The translations under genes were made by a program, and so were the position numbers. Below are positions 26,302 through 37,490 of a stretch of DNA of 64,000 nucleotides, in pieces. This stretch comes from Utricularia gibba (lineage: Eukaryota > Plantae > Magnoliophyta), in the NCBI GenBank assembly GCA_002189035.1, contig NEEC01000018.1, positions 2,046,001-2,110,000 on the forward strand, read 5' to 3'. The first letter of the stretch is position 1. The number at the start of each line of letters is the position of its first letter. Under the pieces are notes generated by a model that was not told the DNA's origin, searched no databases, and saw nothing but the letters and a program-made list of their open reading frames with translations.

Positions 26302-26771
26302 ATGGGAAAGTCCACCGCCGCGTATGTCTCCCACGACCTTCTACCGGGCACCTGCTTCTCCGATCCAACCCAAAGCACTTATCCGGCCACTTTTATCCAC
26401 GCCGACTCCCTCTCCTTCAAACAAGTTGTTCAAATGCTCACCGGCTCCGCCGTGGCGCCTCGCGGGAGTCAACTCCCCGTCGCCGAGCCGAAGCTATGCG
26501 AGCGCAGAAATAGTCAAAGAAGTTTCAGTGTCAGTCTGGGTTGCTGGACCGAACCAGGTACGGTTTCTCCTAGTGCCGTGGAATCCCCGTCCCGAGTCGC
26601 AGTCCGGTGACACCGCTGATCGGAGACCCGCTTTACGGTGGCTTGGATTTCGCGGCGGAAGAGAGAGCGATTAAGGAGAAGGGATTCTATTTGCATCCTT
26701 CGCCGGTGAGATTGAATCCTTCTGCAGACTCTGCGCCCCAACTCCTATCACTTTTCCCCCTGGCTGATTAA
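26302..26771 (+). CDS. VQ-motif protein (VQ4/MVQ-type); apparent 1-nt frameshift near 26600
   Basis: TFIHADSLSFKQVVQMLTG. The conserved tail SPVTPL...EERAIKEKGFYLHPSP...PQLLSLFP* is in the -1 frame. Confidence 0.85.
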
Positions 26772-27630
26772 ATTCATAGACTTATGTTTATTTGTCAACT
26801 GCGAATGCTCTTTTTTTTTTTAATATTGCAATTTTCTTGGGGAAAATACGAAACTAAGCTTTTTGTTTCTAAATAGTGCGCATCTTTGAAATGCTTAGTT
26901 TCGTTTTTTTCCCAAGAAAATTGTCATATATAAATAATGGAAATAGTACGCACCTTTGACTTCAAATTCCTGTTTAGAATGCTGCCGCAAAACTGGGATG
27001 TTTCTCATTGTTCGAGTGTTGTGTATCAATGCGGCTGCTTGGCCGCAGTCTGATTCTGAAACTTGCTGTGGTCTCATCAGCTCAAAGGCAAATCTTTATT
27101 CCAGTAATTGTCTTTGAATAGCTTGTTCCTGGTTGGCTTCCAGGAACTAAACAACTGAAGCAATTGTTGATCATGGTGAGAGCTCATTCACAGGCAGGGG
27201 AAGAGGAACCCCCCATAACTGCTTCCTCATAAATCTTCCAGGGAATCTGATGAATATCAAATATTAGGATGATTCTCACAGGCTACGCATCATCTTTAGC
27301 TGTAACAACACAAGAAGACGTCTTCAGAAACTCATTCCCGGATCTATCAAAGGAACGCCCACCCACAATAATCTCAACTAGCTTAGCTTCTAGATGAGTA
27401 GGCTTTGTTAGAACATCGTTATCAATATCCTGAAATGTTGACTTGACATTTTCGGAAATTAAGTTATTAGGTTTCATTTATTAAGTTTTTTTACGCTCGT
27501 ATCAATTTTCGAAAATCATAATATTAAAATAAATAATATAAATTATATTTTAAACGGTTTAAACTAAGTTTACTCATTTATCTTTTCGTAAAAAATTAAA
27601 AATTAAGTGTAGTGGTTACCAAAAACATTT

Positions 27631-28147
27631 TCACATTTTCGAAAATGCCACATCATCATTTCCGAAAATTACTGAAACCGTAGAAACGCAAATCCCGGAA
27701 TGCAAACTTTCAATGGAGTGGCAAACTGAAAACCTTTCCGGTCTCAAATGGAAGGGAAAATTTACCTTGAATGATCCACGCGCGGCCACGAGGAGAAACA
27801 GCATTGATGTAAGCACAGAGGAAGCAGTAGCACTGTGATACGGCAATAGCGATACAGCGAAGATTCTGCTCATCTCCACCGGTGACCTAATTTGGAAATC
27901 TCCAGATCATTAATTAACAAAACTACTGGTCGAAGGTATCATCAACTGCGAAAGAGAGAAATCAGTGAGGAAATTCATAGAAATAGTACCTGAAAATCCG
28001 CGTTGAGCACGCATTTTGAAGGAGCAGACAAGGAGAAACTCTCGGCTTGACGCCAGCCGCAAATCTCGTAGTCGTCGGTACGCGTCTGGATACGTTCGAT
28101 GATCGGAGCAGTGACCTTGCGGCGGCGGCGGCGGCTGCTGCTGCCAT
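27631..28147 (-). CDS. NFD6: NUCLEAR FUSION DEFECTIVE 6-like small organellar protein; probable frameshift near 27798
   Basis: MAAAAAAAARSLLRSS...RIFR-SPVEMS...LLPYHSATASSVLTSML. In the shifted frame SPRGRAWIIQ splices to VIFGNDDV. Confidence 0.7.
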
Positions 28148-28401
28148 GGCGACGGAAATTCGGCAAGGGCTTTCAGGAAGAAAAAGGAACGTTGCTCGGG
28201 TTTCTTCGTCAAGATGAAAGCAATCGCGTTTCGGTTTGGGCCCACGTTCCAATGTTGGGCCTTAAAACATTTATAAGCCCAAAGTCTTATGCATTCATTT
28301 CATTCTCACAGTATAGTTACATCTAACGAATACTCACTTGCGTAGTAAATGTTTATTTACCAGAGCTGTAAAAAAGTAAAATTCACTGCACCCGCTTCAG
28401 C

Positions 28402-29337
28402 TCAAGGCCAGTCGCCGTACTTCACTTCATCGGGATTATACTGGCCTCCTCCGCCGTAGTAATTCCCGCCGTATCTCCTCGGGTGTCTGCCGCCGTAGTA
28501 ACCATACCTATTCTCGCCGGAATCCACCGCGGCTTTCATCACCTCGTAGGGATGGTTGCTGCTGAATTTCTCAGTGTTCACGTCGTAGAAGTACCGCCCG
28601 TTATCCAACGAACGCGTGTCGCTCATCCCCTGCGGCTGCGAGAACCCGTCGGAGTAACGCCCGCTCTCCTGGGGACGCCTGTCGAAGCTCCTCCCGGCGC
28701 CGCCGTTGAAGTCGCCGTAAATGTTTCTGTCTACAGGGTTCTCCTTCACTTGGCCTCTTTCCGCGTAGAAATTGTTCAAAAATTGAGCATCCTTGCTAAA
28801 ATCTGTAAGCATTTCTAAATTTAGCAAATTTATCCAATGCCAAATTTCTATATTTATAATTGATTATTTATTCTTGCATATTCTTAATTTTTAAATAAGT
28901 GATAATTAAAATATAAATATAAATTTAAAAAGGTCATCTCTTTAATGTATGGTTCTATTTAACATAAATAATTTATATTCAATAATAAAACATTCCAAAC
29001 ATAATTATTTTGTCTGGTTTTAAAAAATTATGAAATTCCAACTTATATTTCATAGAATTATTTTTCAAAAATTACTTTGAAATCCAATAAGAAAACCTAA
29101 CTTCATACCATGAGTCTCATCAACCTCCCGCACTGGGTGACTAAGGCCGTAGGCGTTGGTATCCTCGGGTCGGAAGGTGGGCTCCGCGACCTGCGGGTTC
29201 GTCGGAAGGTCATTTCCGGCTTCCACGGCGGCGGTGGTGGCCGAAGCTTTGCTGAAGGCCAGGGGTTCTCTGGCATCGGACTGAACTGCGACGAGGAGGG
29301 CGAGAGCGAGGAAGAGGAAGAGAGAAGAAGAAGCCAT
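28402..29337 (-). CDS. E6-like (cotton fibre protein E6 family) secreted protein
   Basis: Signal peptide plus AREPLAFSK, NAYGL, and exon 2 QGMSDTRSLDNGRYFYDV. One phase-1 intron at 29108-28803. Confidence 0.8.
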
Positions 29338-30789
29338 GCTAAAATAGCAAGAAGAATGAATTACTCTTCTGGTTTGGTGATGGGAACAACGGCGAGGGTG
29401 CGGTTTATATACAAGTTGATCGGCGGCCACCGATGGGCCATGGGGAATGGATTATGTCCGGCCGTCGATCTCGTGCTTTGGTTTCCAATTGTCTGCCGAA
29501 CTGATAATGCTGCATGTTCATGTTCTCCCATTTGTAGAATAAATAACAATCATAATAAGAAAAAAATATATAATATAACAATTTTCGTAATTAAAAATAT
29601 GTGCATTTTTTACTTTAATAATCTAATTAATTTTAAATTAAATAGAATGAGATTTTGATTATTGGATCGCTTTTAAAAAAATAAAAAAGAAAATAAATGT
29701 TGTCTTTTGTTGCCGCATTCATTTAAAGAGGGAGTTGCACCTAACTTTGTCCGAATTTAAGTTTCATTTTCGAAGACATGTGATTTCTTTATAAAAAATT
29801 ATTTCATTAATTGTGACCACTCATGATTATTGTTTTTTTAAAAAAAAAACATCCCATGTTCTCTGTCCTATATGTCGTTTCTCCAACAGAAACAACAAAT
29901 GAAAAAATATTGTGTGGATTGGATGGTAAGAGTGTACAAACTTTGGTTTCGGGTCGGGTTAAGTCTATTCAAATTCAAATGTTAATGTAATGATTCATTC
30001 TCTTCTTTCTTTCATGATATTGTACGTTTCGAAAATCATGCTAATGTAAGATTAGAAAAAATTATTTTATATAAAATGTCTCTCTATTTCATGAATAATT
30101 AATATAAATTATCTTATATCTTTCCTCGGTCAAATGCTTAAAACTTTTTCATTGTATCTTTTGAAATGTTTTTTGTTTTAAGAAATATTTTTAATAAATG
30201 CTCGTATTTGATACCAAAAATAATTGGAAAGTTTTTTTTTTTTGTTGAAATATACTTCATACCTAAACATTCATTACAAGAGAGATGATGATGAAACAAG
30301 CAACGTGGTGGATGTGTCTTAATTGCTACTCGTGGGAACCGGACAAGCCTCCCACATGAACCACGAAACGGTGGTCTGTAGTGTACAAGACTTGTCTTGT
30401 CACGTGATCTTGGTGGCTTCTGTCTGGTTCTGAGCTCAAGGCCCTGAGGAGCCTAAAACACAGAAGAATGTGGACTATGCATCGGCTGGCGCAACGCTTG
30501 TGATAAGGGAAGTGGGGAGCAGGCTCATGTCCCCTCCCAATCGGTTATTTTGTGGTGAAAATCAGAAGAACTTGTGCTGTGATCTTGTGTTTGGATTTGC
30601 ATTCATATTAAAAGGGTGAAAAGACATCATACGAATCAACCAAAGAACAATATGAACAAAAGCTTTGAAGATCAGCACAGTATAAGTTCAATCCACAGTA
30701 TACAGGAGATTGCTGGTATCTGGAATGTACTGACAGGTGACCATCTTCCCTTCCATTGCTCAATCTGATTTCAGTTGCTGCATCAAAAG

Positions 30790-32854
30790 TCATTGGTTAG
30801 CTTTACTCTGCATGTTCTAAACAGAGGATGGAGAAGTGGGAGCTGGCCATCTTGATGAAGCAGCTATGAAGGGATAGGTCTCAGGCTTACTCGTTTCTCT
30901 TCTTCCATCTTGGCCTTGATGAAGGAGTATATCGCCACTCCTGCAATGGCAATGCTCGTTCCAATACCAGTTTGCAGTGAGATCTTGTTACCTGTAACAT
31001 GCAAATCAGAAATATTTCTCTCTAAACCTTCTACCTACTCGACGTTTTCGTACCGAAAATGATGATCGAGAATCCGATCACAAACACACGCTTGAGCACA
31101 TTCCCTACTGCGTGAGTCAATGGAGCTACCCTCTCTAGCGTGTTGGTTGCAAGCTGAGAGTTTTTTCGATGAATCAGTCGAATTCGATGTTATCTACTTG
31201 TTGTCTGGATGAGGAGCTGGTACCTGGTTGTAGAGGTGATAGAACAATCCAACCCAGATAAGATCTGTGACAAACTTTGTCGCACCAACTCTGGTAATGG
31301 CGTCATTGAAGCCATGCTTCAGGAGTTGAGGTCCTTCAAGCTGTTCCATGCCGTGTGTTAGCAGTATGATTTTCCATTGGAAGACAATGGGTAGAAGAAG
31401 GAGCTCACTATGATGGCCGGAGGGATGCAGAAGAACAGGGCGATTATTGTGATGTAGGCGTACAGGTTGGTGCTATCCATGCTTGTCTGAAGGGATCCAG
31501 AGTCAGATAAGCAACAAGATCAGTTATGAAACAAGTGGAACTAACCATGATTTTCTTGGAATATATGCTCCTATAAGTGAATGAGATGTTTGCAATCATG
31601 GCACTGTTGAAACCAGTCCAGTTGAAGGAGAGTTCAGTCAAGGAAGCCATTGAAACACCTGCATTCATTTATCTCTAAGGATCACATACACACTGGTAAG
31701 CAACGCAGCAGAGGAAGATAGATACATACTGCTTGTGTTTCTTACCAAGGACAACCGGAGCTAAGGACAACCATAGTGTCAGCGGGATCTGTTGTCCGAG
31801 GATGAACTGCGAAGCCGCAGCATTGAAGAAAGGCTCCAGGGCTGATCCCAGAAAGCAGAGATGTCACAAGCAGAGTTCCATGTTTCTTTCATGAAGAAGA
31901 GAGAAAATTGATGATTGTCACCTTTGATGGTGTGAGTGAAGGAGACAGCAACTGTAGCAAATGATACATTGCTAGTCACATGACCGATGGCATGGCAAAT
32001 AGCAACTGGAACCAGAAGCTTCAAGATGGTTGAATCTATCGACTGGAGATGAGCAAACAGATTGAAACATGGCTTTGATTCAGGAACAAAGAAGCAAGAG
32101 GAAGGAGATCAAACAAGCCCTGAAACTGAAAGGGAGGACTCACAGCTCTTTTGGGGAGACCAACAGCCCAGGAAATAAGACAGTACACGACTCCAACAAG
32201 CAAGTGTATCACAGACACGAAGCTGCAAGCATAAGCAAAATTTAAATTGTGCATTGTGATGATCCGACAATCGGGTAGGTGCTTACTAAGGATATGGGAA
32301 GTAGTTGAAGATCCTCTTGTTGATGATGTTGAAGATGACATTCAGAAAATACCTGCGATGAAGAAGAACAAATTGGCAGCTCGTAGAATCCAATGGCTTT
32401 AGTTTTAGCAAAAGGTATCCCCAGCTTACCACATGAAGAAGAAGAAGCCGGTTACAAGAGCAGGGTACTTCTCCAAGAACCCAACATTTTCACTGCGAAT
32501 GAAAATTCCAGGTTTAGAAAACGCAGAAAAAAGGGGTCGCCACCCTGATCAGAATCAGGAAGACGAACCTCACCCGGCGGAATCACTGGCTTCAGCGGGA
32601 GAAGACGACCCCGCGAGACAAGTGAGCAGAATCGCCCTACTTTTCTCCATAAAATGCGGACCATTTTTAGGGGCCTCGAGCAGCACCACCGCCCTCAACT
32701 GACGTCGCAGCGTCAAGTGATGTTCCAGACCGCCGGCTTTCCCGTTTCGTGGTAAGGAAGGGAACTTAGAGCAGCCGTTGCAGAGCCTCCCCACTGGCTT
32801 CGGAGGAAAAGCAACGCCGTGGATGGAAGCGCCGGAGAGCAATCGAGACTCCAT
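30790..32854 (-). CDS. TPT: Chloroplast triose-phosphate/phosphate translocator
   Basis: About 12 exons checked in frame: [88 protein letters not shown]. The final micro-exon (NMQSKANQ*) is less certain. Confidence 0.95.
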
Positions 32855-33117
32855 TATGTGACGTATTTGGGAGAAGATATGGGGTGGATTGTATTATACA
32901 CAAGCTAGAGGGGTTATCCGGCTACCAGATAAACGGCTAGAATTTGAACGTTTATCTCCAAAATGGCGCCTTTCTAGCCATCGATTAAATCCCGATAGGA
33001 TATTTTGCGAGCAACAGTCAGCCAACCTGTTGCATAATTCTCTGAAGGCTTTTCGTATGATGGTTTAAAGTACAGTACTTTGTTCTCAAAACATGTCGAA
33101 AGCGAACAAGCAGGGCA

Positions 33118-33928
<811 letters not shown>

Positions 33929-34473
33929 TTATCATTCCGAGGGATTTTCTTCGTTTGTGTTTGTGTACGTACAAGGATTCTATATCCGCAGGATTTGCGG
34001 TGGATTCCGCCTGTTCCGGGAGGAGGGGGAACCAACCATTCCCGTTCTCCATACCCGTTTGCGATTTCGGATCCTGAAACAGTTCCCGGTTTTAGATAAA
34101 AGGCCTTCATGAATAACCGACGGCCCAAAAGGCAATAAGACCCACAATCAATTAAGCTTCATGAACAGTGGTCGTGGCCTGTGGGAAGCAGCGGCTGCTC
34201 TACTGGATGTGAAGCGACTGGTGTTTTGGAGTTGGTGGGATTTTGATTATGTTGATTTTCTTGCGTATTATGTGCTTTGTGTCTTTTCGGGGTATTGAAG
34301 AAACACCAAGAATAGTGTTCAACGCCTTCACTCTAAATGTGTTTTCTTGACTTTGGTGTGAATGGGGCGAGAAATCTTTCCCAAAAGGTGGGCGCAGGCG
34401 TAAACTCCTAAAGGTCAGTCAACCCATTAGGTGAAAGCAACCAAAAAGGAATCCAATTCTTGTCTGACTCTTG

Positions 34474-35147
34474 ATGGATCTGCAAGATCCCAACGCAGGT
34501 CCACTTCGTGCCACGGAGTCTCCGGCTAGAGGAGCCGGAGTGGCGGCAGGGAGAACCAAGGTGTGGACTCATCAGGAAAGGATCATGATGTTTCAGCATC
34601 TGTTATTGAAATCAGAGACCACGATGGTGTGGGAGAAAGTCAGAATCAGAGGGTGTGTCGAATTTGTCAGTTGAGTGGGAAAGACTTGATCGAGCTGGGC
34701 TGCATATGCAGAGGGGAGCTTGCGTTTGTTCATCTGCCGTGTGCTCAAGCATGGTTCAGGATCAGGGGCAACCGGTAATCATATCTTCCCGTTTTTGCGT
34801 CTCCTGTTTCACAATCGAACTTCCTGATCACATACTCCACAAACTTGATTATTATTACACTCTGTGATCATGCAATTGCTTGCTTCCTATGCTCGCTCTG
34901 CAGCAAACTCCATTGTCCTGAGTTTCTTGAATGCAGATCATGCGAGATATGTGGAGAAACAGCCGCGAACATAACCGGCGCCGATGGCCCCGTGATGCAG
35001 GTGGGAACAAGCCCGCCCGATCCCACCACCAACTCATCGTCTTCACCTAGAGGATACTGCAACGAAAGGCCAGTGTGTTGGTTGATAGTCGTTTGCCTTG
35101 CGGTTGCCTTTGTTCTACCCTGGTATTTCCGGATCACTGTGGTCTGA
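34474..35147 (+). CDS. RING-CH (RINGv) membrane E3 ligase-like protein; possible frameshift at 34530-34560
   Basis: RVCRICQL...IELGCICRGELAFVHLPCAQAWFRIRGNR-SCEICG, plus a C-terminal TM segment ending AFVLPWYF. The upstream ATG is in another frame. Confidence 0.8.
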
Positions 35148-35438
35148 TTCAACTCATATCAGATAATCGATGCCCTTATAGAGAGCACCTGTATTCTCCG
35201 ATGTGGGATGGATATTCATTCACGGATCCTTCCATGGACTATGAGTCTAGATTGCTGTGATCCCTCATCTGCAACTTACTTCCAAATACATGCGCATTGG
35301 ATGTGTAGAAAATGTTCTGAAATATCAATTTAAAAGGGGGAAGTTGGCTTAAATGTGTGGGGTGCGCCGCTGGGTGCTTGTCTTTTTATGTCTTCAGGAG
35401 GAGTTGGAAGGAGAATGGGGAAGGTTAGTTGGGATCTG

Positions 35439-35782
35439 ATGAAAATGCCCACCTCAAGTTCACCCGTCTCGTCGTCCCCGGATCGCCTGAAAATCCAGAA
35501 GGTTTCCAGCTCCGTCTCCCGGCGGCTCCTTTCGAAATTCCCCGACCCATCGGAATTCGACTTCGACTACTCCCGGAGCGGCATCTGGTCTCCCCCAGTC
35601 CACCGCGCAGCCTTCTTCTTCGACCCCTCCTCCACCGCATCTTCACCGACCGAGAAATGGCGGCAAAACTCTCCGCCGCCCTTCAACCGCATGGTCAAAG
35701 AACCTCGCCGCCCTCCTCGTGGTTCTCCAGACACGTACGCAACCTCATCGCCACTGTCTGTTCCTCCACAAATCGAGCCTAG
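35439..35782 (+). CDS. Uncharacterised plant protein (FDFDYSxSGIWSPP motif); apparent frameshift at 35611-35635
   Basis: [34 protein letters not shown], then the family-type continuation [12 protein letters not shown] in the -1 frame. Confidence 0.7.
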
Positions 35783-37226
35783 ATCTGACGCCATTCTAAC
35801 GATGAAAAAGAGTTTTTTTCTTAGTATTATCTTCATTTTTTATGTAATCACATCCATTAGCACATGCACCGACCGCATTATGCGGCTGTTTGTCCAAAGG
35901 ATAAGTAAGACTTCAATGTCATCAACTGCACATGCTCTTCAATTCATTCTTCTGACATTCTGCTAAGCTTTGGATGGCGTGCGATTCTTCTGCCGGCGTT
36001 CATTTCATGTTGAAAAAGATCAACTCTTTATCACTTAACTTCTTCATTTTGTTCAGTCTGGATGTGTTAATTTTACTACATTTCCTTATATTTCCATGGT
36101 TGTATCTGTAAGAAAGGAAGTGGTTTTGGAGGCAAACAGCGTCTTGCTTTGTCTTGGGACTGTCTGTGTTGCGATATTGAACAACACGGGGTCGCTTTAG
36201 CACCCGGCGCAACGGCCCCAGGTGCAACGGCAAGCACTAGTTTAACCTGGGGGGTGCATGGAATTCTGTTAACCATAAGTACAAGAAGCTTAGGGAACCA
36301 CACAATGACAGAAAAACGATGACCATTTTATCATCAGTTAAGCCCCCTCCTGTTCCGCCCTTCCGAATACCAACATGATCATCTGCCCCAATGCAGATAA
36401 GACTCCTGTATGATGTGTCAAATGTCGGCTGCTTTCGACTGATGTATCTGTGGGCATATGAATCCGCAATACGTCTCCTTCGTCTGTGTTGGTCTTGGTG
36501 ATGGTGTTCATATGTCTGATTCAGGCATCACCTTTCCCTGATAGCGCATCTTCATTCCCATCAAAAGATCAAAAATCAAGCACTTCCCTAATAGAAACAA
36601 CACAACCCTCTGTACTGTGGCATTGCGGAAGAAACAGAAAAGTCCGCGGTGGGTTGCAGGAAAGTAGTTTTTTCAACACCCGACGTCTGAAGGCAAACAC
36701 TCTTGCATGTGGTGAGTGATGAGATCGTAGAGTTTGTCCCTTGGCGAACACCTCGTCTTCGGACATGGTGAGTGATGAGTGGGGCCAAACTGCGTTTCAT
36801 CCATAAAGGAGAAACTACACCACAGTTCTTCTTGTCTCTTTGCCGCATTTCGTCGAGCGGCTGCTGGGAGGAGGATTAAAAGCCATCCGGATTGGGCATG
36901 GGGTGCTTTTCAAAATCAAATTTAGGGTTATCGAGAATCCCCAATACTGGAATATGAATATATTTTTATTTATATAAAAATAAAATAAAATTTAAATGGT
37001 AAATTAATTTATTCATAATTATTTAATATTATAATATAATTTATATACTAAACACGTTTAATGCATAAAAAGAAATTCACGTTTTCTAATTTCTCTGTTG
37101 GACTTTTTCCTCTGGGGAAGCAGACGTGAGCTCCAAGCGCCCCCCTCTTCGCCTCTCACGCGGCATCATCGTCTTCCTTTTGCTTCTATATATTTTCCCA
37201 TCGATCTCTTTCTTCTCCTTCATTTC

Positions 37227-37490
37227 ATGGCCTGCAAAACCTTCCTCATTCTCCTCCTCGCTTTTTCTCTACTCTGCAACACAACCCACTGCCGGAATCT
37301 TCCTGTCGCCATGCCGGACGAGAGGAGCTTCCCCGCAGAGTTGCCGAACGGGCGGTTCCATTCCTCCCCACCCAGCCGGAGAGCCAACGCCGCCATCGTC
37401 GTGGAGCAGCTTGTAGCCGCCGATCGCCACCACCTCCCCTCCGTTGAACGGATTCTCCGGTCGGTTCCCAGCCCTGGAGTGGGCCACTAG
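37227..37490 (+). CDS. CEP14: Group II CEP small signalling peptide precursor (CEP14-like)
   Basis: Signal peptide, internal LPNGRFHSSPPSRR motif and terminal ERILRSVPSPGVGH*. Confidence 0.85.
   Translation: MACKTFLILLLAFSLLCNTTHCRNLPVAMPDERSFPAELPNGRFHSSPPSRRANAAIVVEQLVAADRHHLPSVERILRSVPSPGVGH

Noticed and set aside
30280-30450. Box C/D snoRNA or USE-driven snRNA (ATGATGA...CTGA; CTCCCACATG)
   Set aside because: The C-to-D distance is long, there is no terminal stem, and there is no TATA at USE spacing. A G-box-containing regulatory region is more plausible.
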